Translations under genes and position numbers: made by a program | Assembly (NCBI GenBank): GCA_028023455.1 | Contig: JAQFVV010000007.1 | Coordinates: forward strand, 6,448,001-6,512,000 | Origin: Epiperipatus broadwayi | Lineage: Eukaryota; Animalia; Onychophora | DNA: 64,000 nucleotides | Direction of reading: 5' to 3' | The notes under the pieces: generated by a model | Told to the model about the DNA's origin: nothing | Seen by the model: the letters and a program-made list of their open reading frames with translations, nothing else | Databases searched by the model: none | Shown here: piece after piece, positions 51,379-64,000 of the stretch | Numbering within the stretch: position 1 is the first letter of the stretch | Layout: every line of letters starts with the position of its first letter

Positions 51379-52628
51379 TTTATATCAGTGCCAGTCTATT
51401 TTTCCAGACAAAAGATGATCTTAGTAATATATTCAGACTTATTTATTCCATGAATAAGTTTATATTCTTAGCATATTTGATAAGCTATATAATTATTTGC
51501 ATGCTTATTCAAATAATGCTCAATACACAAAAATCTTCACAATATTTTCCACAGCATACCCTATGTTGCTTGATACAAAATTAAATGCTAAGAGAAATAT
51601 TACCAACAATCTCAAATCCATCTCCCTTCTAGTAATTTACCCATACTCCATCACAAGCTATTAGAAAAATGTATCTCACAGAAACATAATAAGAGAAGAC
51701 TAAAAATAATTATGCAACTTTACACCAGGATTTACTCATGATGTCCTATGAAGACACTTCAAATAATAGAAGTATAATACAAAAAATAGACCTCATACGA
51801 TATTTAAAACATATTGTTTATCCAGTTAAACAATATATCCTGATGGTTTGAATATTTCCAGATATAACTTGCATTCTCATTAATAAATCCAGAACCATCT
51901 ATGACTGAGATTTTAAAAATTATAGTTCACCATCATAATCATAACCTTCTAAAATTATACTGTCAACTGCCACCCATTTATGCACTGCTTCAAAATGAAA
52001 GCAGTTGACTTGAATATCTTAAGTCTCCTGTATATATCTTTATTTATAGGCTATATAAATAATTGTAATAAGAATTTTAGGATGGCCCAATAAATAGTAA
52101 ACAAAAAATAACCACAAACTATTATATATGGAATCAGTCATAAAAATACTGAATCAAATTACAAAAGAAATATGAGAGACAGAAATGAATAAATCTCACA
52201 TATATAGTAATCAATTTTGGTTATGATGAGAAAACTAATGGAAGATATTCATATGATAATCAAATTATTCAGAAAGTTCTGGATTGTGGAAAAATGCCAA
52301 AATATTAATAGGAATAGGAAAAACAGATTTTTCAATATAAGGATAAAAAAATAATAACTAAGTGATTTAATTTTCAAGAGTTCACAAGAAATGCAAGCAG
52401 TAGAAAAAACAAACTTTGGCTGTAATCCACAGACCTTGAAACCCCAGATTTTCTATTCTATCATTTCACTAAATCACACAGGATAATATATGTGATGATG
52501 ATAGTGACAAAATAACCAAATAATTTATTGCTCAGGAGTTCGTAAAAAGTTTAAGTATCAGAAGTTACAGTGTGGAGTTGTAATCCAGGACTTTGAGTTT
52601 CACTGTGTCATACTGCACTATGCTTCAC

Positions 52629-52800
<172 letters not shown>

Positions 52801-53139
52801 GATTGAATACAAATATAATTTATATACTTGGAGTTTAGATGTAACCATAAAGTACTTGGAACACAGATTTATGAGCTCCCTTCAGCTATCTGCTCCATCA
52901 CAACCAATACATGTGACCACACACAAGTGAAAATGATAATAATAAGGATGATGATAATAATAAATGGTATATATATTTCAAGAATATATGAATTCTTTTA
53001 TTAAATTCATTCTAGTCTTGATCCTTTGTTCAACATTTAGAATGTTTTTGATTCATAGTCTAAAGGAAGGTGATTTATTGTCTCTTTATATTGTAATGAT
53101 ATACATATGCTGTTACATTATTTTAAAACTAAAATAAAA

Positions 53140-55290
53140 GGGGAAAATAAATCTTAAATAAAATTGATTTATTAAAAACTAAAAGCCAAAATTAAAAGAG
53201 TTATGTTATCATAGATATATATTGCACAGATGGAAAACCTTAAAACTATTTTTTTTTTTTAAAAAAAAGAAAAGTATTTAAAAGTACTTTTTTGGGGAAA
53301 AAAATATAAGATCTAAAGATAGATAAATATTTTTAAAAGAAAAAGTTGTATAAAAGAAAATAGAAATAAATGTTAATTAATTTCTATTCAAAAGTCATAT
53401 TTGAATCTTAAAATGGAAGTGATTGTTTTATTAATTAAATCTTAAGCAGACGAGCCCTTGGGCACTGTATAATAGTAAAGTCAGATAACAGAAAAAAAAT
53501 AGATTCACCAGTGCAAGCAGACCGAAAATGAAACATTAGAATCAGTGACACCATGTTAGTTCGATCTGGATGATTGGTGATAAGGAGGCCAGATACTATA
53601 AAAAGAAAAATAATTGAATTTAAAGGGTGTGATTGACTATTCATAGAACAATGCTGAAACAGTTAAAACATCTTATAGCTAGCTATATTATGGACTCTGT
53701 GATATAAGGGTCATGTAATAGATTTCATTTTCTTTATCTGCACCAGCTGAGACAAACTCCTGATAGAATGAACTGCTTGCAGCAGTTACATCTCCAAGAA
53801 ACTTTGGCAAATAATATAATCAGTGAGGGAATTCATAAAACGAATGAAGTCTAAGGAATCACCAGGATCAAATGGAAAGTATAGACTTTTATAAAACAAG
53901 TTTTTTTTAATGTGCCTACTAAACACAATTTTTAAATGAACTCTTAATCTGACTATCTAAAGAACTTTTTCAAATACATAAACCTCTAAGAAAATTTCTT
54001 ATCTGACTGAATGTAAAGTCAAACTAGTCATTTTTTGTATAATGTTTGCTAATCACTTCATTTTTGCATTTCAGTTATAATTTATTACATGTTTTGTTTA
54101 ATAACCAAATTATTAGAAATGTATTAAATTTAACTTGGGTGTAGATGGCTGCATAGATTCATTATGTTGATTATGTTTTAATATTTTTATACATGAAAAA
54201 TATGTATATATCGGTAAATATGACACCTCACGTTGCGTGTCTAAATGTATTTACTGATATATCTTTTAAGTTGTTGTTGTCAATGTGGCACCTTATGATG
54301 AGTGCCATTGGGTTTACTTTATTGTAAATTTCCCTCAGCAATTCCATCAATAACTTTATAATTAAAATCGTTTATATTTATTTTAAAAGGGTTAAATTTC
54401 AGACAATTTGTCTTGTAGTTAACTTGATGCTAGTAGAGAGATATATGGGCATTTATATTAATGCAATGTGAAGCATGTTAGCATATAGGGCAAAGCCCAA
54501 CTGTATGCATGACCCAAAGATGTAGTCATTGCATTGCAATATATGCAGATGTATTTCCTGCAACATTGCTTCCTTTAGCTCTATGGATAGGGACTATAAG
54601 TTGGCAGATAGACCGCTCTCCCCCATATGTAGCATTTCTCTTTAAATATTATATACATGACTCCTTTGCCAGACAGATGCACTTTCCTGTACTGGATGAG
54701 GATCATGTCCTTCAAATAATATTACACTGTGGACGCAAATTCCTGACAGTGTGGTTTTATGTTAGCATCATCATATTGCATTGGTTGCATCTGTATCTGG
54801 AAGCAGGCATTGGGTTGGCTATGAACCGTTAGTCTGAGATTAAATGTTTTTTTTGAAAGTTTTTAACTGAGTGATCTATGTAACCTATCTATACTTAACA
54901 TTCTAAAGTAAAAATATTATTAAAATGTGCATCTGTGCAGACTTTCTTAAATAATAATTTAAAATTAATAATAAAATCTAAATTTATTCCTCAAATTTAT
55001 ATCCATGCATCAATAAATGTTTTTGTGTGTTATTATTGGCAGTAGCTTATTTATTTATTTATTTTTATTAAGTCTTTATTGAAATGTTATAAATAAGAAT
55101 TATATATTAAATCTCTGCATCACCTTGAGCTAGTGGCATGGGCTAACAGTCAATAATAAAATAAAATTTGGATCTTGGCAGTACATATCTGCAAACTATA
55201 TAAATTTTCCTGGTTCAAATGGCCTAGTGACGCTCTGTACAGCAGATACCTTAAGACTCTTAAAATCTACACCCCGACTGTTATAATATA
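53140..55290 (+). mobile_element. Dispersed ~2 kb repeat, copy 2
   Basis: Colinear with 1770-3810. The block at 54200-54310 is the reverse complement of 3715-3815. Confidence 0.65.
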
Positions 55291-55689
55291 TATACAAACA
55301 TGTTTTAAAAAATATATTTAAAAATTGTTTAGTAATAAAATAATATCTCCAAAAATGCCTACTTGTACATAAATGTCAAACTTTCATTCAGGTAATACTA
55401 TTCAGGGATCAATATTCTGGAAGGACTTTTGTATTCTTCAACAAAGATATTCTATTTGCCTTGAATGAGATTAAGTTCAATTTTTTTTGGGAGGGGGGGG
55501 GATTAGTCACTTCTTAAAAATTTTTGATCTGTCTTGTCCAAAAATGGATTAGGACTGGTAGATTCTAATCTTTTATAGCACTTGATTAAAACATGAATTT
55601 TTGTTTCTTAAAGACAATAGAATATTTTTTATTTTATGCCTGGAAATATTTGATCTTACAGAACATACAGAAATACTAACAGAGTCAAT

Positions 55690-55860
55690 GAGAAATACTT
55701 ATCATTACACATAAAAAACTCAGAAAAAGTCCACATGTGAGATGGATGGACGAAATAAGTTTATACTGGTATGATGTGGAGAAGGGAGGTATAGGAATCA
55801 AGGAAACTAAATTAAACTTGGAAAGATCATGCAGTGGACTGATATTTGAAAATGATAATG
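55690..55860 (+). mobile_element. Decayed RTE 3' fragment
   Basis: CCACATGTGAGATGGATGGA..ATGTGGAGAAG..CTTGGAAAGATC..TGCAGTGGACTGAT matches 23105-23230. Confidence 0.75.
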
Positions 55861-57762
55861 ACCTAAGCAAACAAAGACATTGTTTATCTTATTGCTGCCA
55901 TGTGTAAATAGTGAATCTTGTCTCTGTATTGTAGAGCTTCTCTCAGATAATAAAAGTTAATTCCTGTAAAAGCATAAAATCTTCCCATATTATAATATAA
56001 TCATTGCAACCAATCAAAATGAACTACTTACCAATTTCCTACCAATATTGGCTGAATATTTGTTTTTCAAAATGTTTTGAAAATTTGGAAATCTAATCCC
56101 AGGTTTGAAATCAAGGTCAATGGCAAAGTAGCTGACTAAATAGATATTGGTTAATCAATCCATTTCTAAATTCATATTTAAAGTATTTCCAAACACTTCA
56201 TAATTACATTTTTTATGAGATGTATATTTTACAAAATATTTATACTTGTGAGTCAGGTAATGAGCCCAAATAATTAAATATTCTTGCCTTGTGTGGTAAA
56301 TGGGATATAGTGGTATGGAGCCAGACTCTGGAGATCAAGTCTTCAGATTGATTCCAGTTCTGGCATTTCCAGCACTCAAGGTTTTTGTGATCTCCTGAGC
56401 AATAATGTTACTTTTGTGGCTAGTAGAAGTGCAGTTAATGTGGCTCTCTTTTTATTAAGGTTCTTTATTATTACTAATACCATATTTTTTCACCAAGTTA
56501 ATATATGCATTTCACATATCTGAGAGAAGTTTTCTTTAAATATCAGATGTGGATTATATTCTAATGGGGATCATCTATTACAAAACAAAACCACCAACAG
56601 AATGGTAAAAAAGGATTGCCAGCTTCTCAATAGTGAATATTTTAGTATTTTTTAACCTTTGTTTGTATCATCTAATATAGAATAACTAGAGACCAATTTT
56701 CTGACCAATATTAACTAGTCAGCAGATTGGCACCAGAATGGTAATCTAAAAAAAATTTGCCTAGCTGTAGGCCTGGCAAACAGGTGTTGAAACATAGCCC
56801 TCTTATTCTATCTTTGTACTGTTAGCCATCTAGTATTTGATTCTATCACATAAATCAGTTGTTTAGAGATTTGAAATTGGAAGATATGAATACTGATATT
56901 AGTAAACCTGTTAATGTTTATAAATTGAAGTGTTATGAAATATCATTTGCTTTTTCTTGGAAATCTGTTTTGGCAAAACATTTAATTTTTAAATTCATAA
57001 ATACTTTTTTATTCAAACTTTTTTATTATGATGACTGAAAATGTTGAATATTACTGAGATAGATTGATTAAAGAAGCTATTTGTATAAAAAAAAATGCCT
57101 GTTTTAAACAAAATAATTAAAGAGAGAAATGATTACTATGTTGTTTTAATGGTTTTATTTTTTACAATGAAAGATAATTTTTTTAATAATTAGAAATTAT
57201 AATCTACATTAATATACAAATATGAAAGTTTGTTTGCTTATTATTTTATCATTCAACAAATATTGCACCAATTTTGATAAATTGTGCACAATTTTCTTTC
57301 TTTTTTTTGTGTGGAGAATTTCATAGGTTATACAATTTTGCTTAATAGTACTTAAATTATTTTAAAAACTTTTATAATCTACAATATAAAAATGCTCAAA
57401 ATAACACTCCTTTTCTAATGACATAATAAAAATGAAAAAAGAGAACAGCATTAATTAAAAGATTAAACAATTGGAAAATATTGTGGCCTGAGTATTGAAA
57501 TACATACTATATAAATGGAGAATCAGTTTCCAGCATGTGCTACTGTTAACAAATTGGTTTGGGTCACTTGAAATTAATTTATAAATAACCTTAAGGATAG
57601 GATTGATTCAAAAGACCTGTCCATAAAATTAAATGCCAAGATCCAGATAAGTCATAACAATGAGAAATCAAGCACAAACAATAATAAGAGTTTGAAACCA
57701 CATAGGTATATGTATAACAAAGTTCAAAATAATACTACAATCTTAAGGATTTTGAATCATGC

Positions 57763-57794
<32 letters not shown>

Positions 57795-58296
57795 ATGTTT
57801 CTGATCCCAAGAATGTAAGAATAACTCATAACAACAAAGTAACAGAAATGAAATAAAAGAGATATGATTTATTAATAGAATACACCCAGTGATAAACTGA
57901 AGAGCCAACAGTATACAAATAAAAGCTATTGGAATATGTATAAATTAAAATCATGTTAGTTGCTGCTATTCATTTAATGGCATAGTTTACATAATATTTG
58001 CCCATTTAAGAAGCCATCTTGCACTGAAAATGCATTTAAGAATTCAAATAAGTATTTAAAAAATTGTCATTATGTACAAAAAGCATTTATATTAATGCAT
58101 AAAATTATTAAAAAGTAAATATTGCAAATCATGTAAAATCTTCATTCACATAAATGATAAAATCCAGTGTATATGTAATAAGATCATACCAGATACACAA
58201 CAGTAATACACTTTCTGGGAGCTTAATCCAATATGGTAGTGAACAGATGGATTAGTTATAAAAATAGCTTTATTAATTTGTGAATCACACAGATGC

Positions 58297-58564
58297 AAAC
58301 CTCTCCATACAGTAGTACCATTCAGTGCAAGCCAAGATAATCAATGGATGCAGAAAGGATTGTGCATAAAATTCCTACCTAGTGCCTACTCATCCAATAT
58401 CCCCAGACTAGTTTCTAGCTTGTGGCTTTCATCATTGAAGAGCCTTGGATCTCAGAGCACTGCCCTCTGGCTTACAATGAGTGATGCTACTGTATGGAGA
58501 GTTTTCTCTCCATGTAAACAGCTTGTGTAAGCATAAAGAATGGTGATCATGTGATGTTTAGTGG
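58297..58564. mobile_element. Family A element with a mutated hammerhead (AUGAUGA) at 58401-58438, minus strand
   Basis: Termini CTCTCCATACAGTAG / CTACTGTATGGAGAG; internal CCCCAGACTAGTTTCTAGCTTGTGGCTTTCATCAT. Confidence 0.8.
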
Positions 58565-59137
58565 TTTAATTTGTGAATCAATTTTTATATGTCTCTAGCA
58601 TATTTATATATAAAACATGGCTTTTAAATTGTGGACCGCTGCAGAGATAGTCTTAAATCATTCTGGTGAACATTTTAATAGTTTATGAGGAATTTCTGAT
58701 ACCTCTGGTAATATAAATCCAGAGATTTCATTTGGTATACTTTCCTTCTGTCTTATAAAGTTAGGAAAAAAACCACGAGAAGAGACTCAAGGAGTTAGAT
58801 TTCTATCCATATTATCCCAGAGAAATTGAAATAAAATGAATTGTTTACTAAATAGATAATAATAAAAATAAAGTATAATACTTGTAATATAGTTTTCGAG
58901 TTATTACTGACTATAGCAGTACACTCCCACAAGGTGGATAGCAAATTAATGACTTTCCCAACTGCTTATGACTTTTAGGTTATAGGTAGTGGCTTATGGG
59001 CCCAATCAAAAATACATAAACTTCAATACAAAAACTGCAGCCAGATGTCTTTTCATTACATTGTCCCCCAAAAAATTGCTTTTGCAAACTCTAAATCCAA
59101 AAATGGAACCAAATCTTGCAAAAAAAAACAATCACTT

Positions 59138-59379
59138 TTTAAGAAAACAAGTCTAGCGCATTATTTGTATCTGACAAAAAAATAATAATAGGTTCAGTTT
59201 ACTAAAAGATCAAATGATGTTTGAGCACTAAAGTAGATAATGAGCATATTAACTCTATTTAAGAAAACAAGTCTAGCGCATTATTTGTATCTGACAAAAA
59301 AATAATAATAGGTTCAGTTTACTAAAAGATCAAATGATGTTTGAGCACTAAAGTAGATAATGAGCATATTAACTCTATT
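59138..59379 (+). repeat. Perfect 120 bp tandem duplication
   Basis: TTTAAGAAAACAAGTCTAGCGCA.. recurs exactly 120 nt later with no mismatch seen. Confidence 0.97.
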
Positions 59380-59718
59380 CAAGGATCAAATTGAGATTTT
59401 GCTACTTAAACGAAAATCAACCCTGAAAACATTTTCTCTTGATTTTACCCTGTTATTGCTAAGCCAAACCACACAGGACACTACTTAGTTGATGAAGAAG
59501 CTCACAGTCAACCCAGAAAACATTTGTTCTTGATTCTATCTTTCTTTAAAGTATGTGAGCAGTATTCAGTTAGTAATAAAAATCAATTCAGAAAGTAATT
59601 GCTCCTGATTCTATCTCTTGCTGCTAAACTAAACGATGTAAGACATTATTTAACTAGTAAAGATCAAAACATAAAATTTCCAATGGTGAATGTTTTTATA
59701 AAAAGGAAATCAATTTGA

Positions 59719-59796
59719 ATGGAAAAGAGCAGTCCAAGAGACATCGGCAGGTGGACGTATGACACCCATGTTGAAGGCTGCATCATAAATGCATCG
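59719..59796 (+). CDS. Candidate first coding exon MEKSSPRDIGRWTYDTHVEGCIINAS
   Basis: ATG at 59719, 26 open codons, TCG|GTATGA donor, inside a small CpG-retaining patch. No recognised homology. Confidence 0.2.
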
Positions 59797-60384
59797 GTAT
59801 GATCTTTTAACAAATATTCTTTTAGTTAAGAGAAGAAATAGACACGAATATCGGGCTTTAGGTCATTTTTAATGCTAATTGAAAATAACAGCGATAACAT
59901 CAATTTAAAAGTTTCTATTTAAATCTCATCGTGGAAGCAAGAACATTAATTTCTCTCACAAATGACAATCTTATTAGGTTCTGTTCAGATTAAAGGTTTT
60001 AAAACTTATATTTTAAGATTAAATTTATTACTCAGTAAGTAGATGTTTTTTGTTTTTTTTTTAAAATCACATTTAAAAGATTAAAATACTATATATATAT
60101 TTTTTTTTTGCAGACTAAAAGCTTGAAGTAATTGTTGAAAAAAAATCTTGCAAAAAAAGCATATAAATAAAACATTAAATCTTCATTAACAGTAAAAAAA
60201 AGTGTTAATATATAATATTTTTGATCAATTCTTTGAATATAATTTTATTATAAATGTGTGGGTATGCGTGCATATGAAATAGTAATAGGAAACATTGATA
60301 AAACATGTATAAACAAACATACATCTTAAACCCCTAAACATCACATGATCACCATTCTTTATGCTTATACCACCTGTTTACACT

Positions 60385-60732
60385 GAGGCTAAACTCTCCA
60401 TACAGTAGCGCCACTCACTGCAAGTCAGAGTAATCAATAGATGCAAAAAGGTTTGTGCATAAAATCCTTATCTAGTGCCTGTTCATCTAATATCCCCAGA
60501 CTAGTTTCTAGCTTGTGGCTTTCATCAGTGAAAAACCTTGCATCTGAAAGCACTGCACCTAGATCTTAGGATTCAATGCAACCCTCACACTCATGAAAGC
60601 CACAAGCTAGAAACTAGCCTGAGGATATTAAATGAGTAGGCACTAGATAGGGATTTTATGCACAAACCTTCTTGCATCCATTAAGTATCTGGATTGCACT
60701 GAGTAGCGCTACCATATGGATAGTTTAGCCTC
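60385..60732. mobile_element. Family A fold-back element with two divergent hammerheads
   Basis: Arms 60385-~60530 and ~60585-60732 (GAGGCTAAACT..CCATA / TATGG..AGTTTAGCCTC). The plus copy at 60583-60624 is mutated (CUCAUGA, GCC). Confidence 0.88.
60494..60532 (-). ncRNA. Minimal type I hammerhead, family A, intact core
   Basis: Minus strand TTCA-CTGATGA-A-AGC-CACAA-GCT-A-GAAA-CTAG-TC-TGGG; helix I includes G-U pairs. Confidence 0.78.
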
Positions 60733-61029
60733 TATATATACATATATCTTCATTAGAAGTGATTTGTTCTTGCTACATATATATAAAATAAAAGCTGAAT
60801 ATAGAGGTCTGTGAATTATATCATTAAATAAAGTAAATAATAGAATAAATAGTTGGTTAGCCTCTGAAATAACAGTTGGGTTTCACTACAGAAATATGCA
60901 GATCTCAAATCCATTAGTCTTACCATTGCATTGGCTAATTTCAATAGGCATTCAATATGCCCAAATGCATAAAGTATTATATTCACATACAACCTGGTAA
61001 TATTTTTTTTTACAAATTGTGCAAACAAT

Positions 61030-61460
61030 TTCCCACTTATTTCAATTCACTATAGAATGGAAGTCTTTCCTGAATTTATCAGAGTACTTTCTATTCATAG
61101 TTCCTCTTTTCCATATCCTTCCAGCAAAATTCCTTATTCCATCTATATATCTCATGTGTGCTTTCTCACAATCTGGTATCTAATTTATTTAGGATCTGTT
61201 GTTTTTCTTTTGGTAACATATCCAAACAGTTTCACCCCAGTCTCTTTTCTCTCAATGCATCAGAGATAAGATCTCTCATTTATGTATTCTCCTTTCAATC
61301 CATCCTTGTTAAATATCATGGATTTTTTTTTCAAAATTCATATCACCCTTCTATATAATATCTAAATCTCAGATCCCTAAATAAAAATTGATAGAAAGAT
61401 ATCTGTTAAAACTTTTCAATTTTATATGTATTTTCTTTTATTATTAAATTATTTCTAGTA
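61030..61460 (-). mobile_element. Decayed RTE-like 3' fragment
   Basis: Minus strand ACTGTTTGGATATGTT..ACACATGAGATATATAGATGGAATAAGG resembles L.WFGYV..HMRYIDGIR. Confidence 0.5.
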
Positions 61461-62336
61461 TACGCATTTCAGTCCAAAATTAATATGCTTTCAATATCAA
61501 TAATAATTTAACCAAGATATTAATAATTATGACCTTTTTTTTTACTTTAATGCCATCAATTTTTCTTTTCTTTTCTCCTTTTCTGAAAACAGACTAAATG
61601 AATATTACTATGCTTTAATATAAACTTTTTATAATACTGTTTTCCATTCAAATGATAACTCTTGTAATATTCTCTGTTTTTTTTTTTTTTGAGACCTTAT
61701 TTGTGAAAATAATCATCTTTCAAATCCAGATGACTACACAACTTCTATTTAGTTTTATTCTTTTTATTTTATATATTATTTTATTTTCTGAAAAATCATT
61801 GTAAAATGTTTTGAACAAATTGATCCACCCTAAAAAAACATGTTTGACTTATAGCTAATTTTCACTCTAGTAGTCTAATCAGTGGAATTGCATTTTCTTT
61901 AATATTTCCCAAAATTTGATAATATTCTTGATTATGATCTTATAATTTACAAATTCAAAACAAACATCTCATACTTACTGGTTCCTTCTACAACTTTTCA
62001 AAATCTTTGGATGTGTTTGCTGTAATATCAGCAGATGAATTAGTAAGTAATGATTGAAGAGTGATAGGTCTTAATATCTTTTTGAACCTTTCTTAAAAAT
62101 TAATTGCATTCTTCCAAGTGCAGTTGTAGCATGTAGATATTTTGTGTTTAAGCCTGATAAATTTTTTTATATCAAAATATCTAAAATGATCTTAATCATT
62201 TCTTAGAACTTAAATCTGTTAAGAAATTCAATCTCATCTCTTCATTTCAGATGATTTTGATGCTGTTGTATTTTATTTTGAATTTTTTTTACAATATAGT
62301 TCTTTAAAAATTTTTGTTTATAAACTTCTCATAAAT

Positions 62337-62551
62337 TATATAATATCAATACTTATGCACTTATAATGCTCATTAAAGAAGTTATGTTATTAAATTTATT
62401 TAAAGCATAGCGCTTTCAAAGCTCTATGGCTTCATAATCATAGCTGTACAATGAAGCCATAGAGCTTTGAAAGTGCAATGCTTTAAATAAATTTAATAAC
62501 ATATAACTTCTTTAATGAGCATTATAAGCACATAAGTATTGATATTATAAT
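62337..62551. repeat. Near-perfect hairpin, ~100 bp arms with a 15 nt loop
   Basis: 62337-62435 is complementary to 62451-62551 with few mismatches. Confidence 0.95.
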
Positions 62552-62704
62552 ATAGTTTTTTATAAAGTTCTTCAATTCACTTCATTATGTCTCTTTATAT
62601 AAATGTGAAGAGATGCTAGCTTCAATGATCATGTGCAAAACATATTACTATGTCTGTCACATGATTTGAAAAACTAACAAATTGCTCTGCAGTATAATAC
62701 ATTT

Positions 62705-62955
62705 CAGGAATACCTTTCCCCATCAGCTGTTTTGAAGAACTACCAACAATCTCCATAAATATAACAACTAGCTAAATATTAAATATTGTAAGCGTAACTG
62801 ACTTGGTATCAAAACAGGAATATTTGGTGATACAGTGACTTGTTACAAATTAGTCTATTTCAACAATATAGTATTAACATAGATCAGTCAGCTATTATAT
62901 ATTGCATGGATTGTTGGTAGTGTTCCAAGGCAGTTGATGATGAAGATTATTTCTA
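62705..62955. repeat. Diverged inverted repeat (~70 bp arms)
   Basis: CATCAGCTG..ACTACCAACAATC pairs with GATTGTTGGTAGT..CAGTTGATG. Confidence 0.55.
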
Positions 62956-64000
62956 ATATGCATATACATTGTGAATTATTTTGTCAATTTTTTATGTAGT
63001 ATAGTAGCTGTAATAGTGTATTACATAGAATGATTGGAACTGATATATATTCACATATATTTACATATCTTTTAAGGCTGTATCAACCTATTTATTATAT
63101 TCATCAGTTTAATAAATTTTGTTCTTTAGTGTTGAAATTGTTTTCCTTTTTTATTTGCTGTTGAAATAATTTTCCTTTTACTACTAAGATGACATTTTAT
63201 ATTTTTAAGATTAATTTATGAACATTATTCTGATGCTATTTTTTTCTCCCAAATAGGCAATTATTGTTTGAGAATATAGGCCTTGTTTCTGATAGAGTCT
63301 TTTTAGCATCCTCTCTGTGTATTTGTCTTATTCTCTCTTTCCATTACACTAACTGTCTTAGTTAGAATAGAATGCATCTATCAAGAGCTTCCCATGTCAT
63401 CGGTCATTTCCAAATTCTGATACCAATCCTTTTTTCTTATGCCTTTATATGCAAATATGTATGAAAATAAGTATTTTTTTTTTCACTTTTTTTTTTGAGA
63501 ATTAGAATGGATTTACTCATTTATGAGTGACTGATACTGATGATGACTACAGCAAAGTTTCCATGCCATTTTACAATTATATTTTTCATAATTCTTGTCT
63601 CTATCATTCCACAGAAATTCCCACATTCAATTTATCTAAAAAGAATTATAGTGCCCAATCTTAAAAGAAAACTTAATATTGAATGGCTGCCATTTTGATT
63701 CTACAATCTATAGAGCTGTTTTTAATCAACTATCTTTTATTTCTTAGTTATCCCATACAAAAATGAAATATCTTCAAAATTTTTTAACATTTTAGAGTTC
63801 TAACAATTATAACATCATAAAGAATTCTATTTAAAAACTATTTGGGGGGGGGGGATGACAGCAAAATATAAAATCTGATTTTTTTATATATATATATATA
63901 TAAGGAAAATATATCTTTATTCAAGATGATTACAAAAAAACATATACAGGAATTACTAACAACTCATACTAGAGAAATTCCAAGGCCAAGTCATGTCATT

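Noticed and set aside
56031-56135. Minus-strand open segment with a GTAAGT donor as the upstream SH2 exon
   Set aside because: Phase-compatible, but SYFAIDLDFKPG..GRKL has no SH2 features.
60930-61000. Minus-strand exon candidate RLYVNIILYAFGHIECLLKLANAM
   Set aside because: Splice-like sites only, no homology, and it lies between repeats.

Overview
AT-rich, CpG-depleted eukaryotic DNA (probably an arthropod; inferred from the repeat spectrum and the SH2 exon), mostly intronic or intergenic and dominated by decayed transposons. The only well-supported host coding sequence is a minus-strand terminal exon (49052-49258) encoding the C-terminal half of a tensin-type SH2 domain, which I recall as EGFR-adapter-protein-like. 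Its upstream exons were not found in the window. Mobile elements include a TSD-flanked, internally deleted Ty3/gypsy element (26838-31365), a Gag-only retroelement remnant (5432-6740), two Penelope-like elements with inverted arms (15900-18400, 45597-47010), many RTE 3' fragments, an L1/Tx1 3' end and tRNA-derived SINEs. The most notable feature is a set of 13 minimal type I hammerhead ribozyme motifs in three short non-coding families, most within fold-back elements; three keep an intact catalytic core. Also present are a motif-dense promoter-like island inside the SH2 gene intron and a CpG-retaining island at 8.3-10.9 kb with unresolved exon candidates. All identities and alignments are by eye; no searches or folding programs were run.
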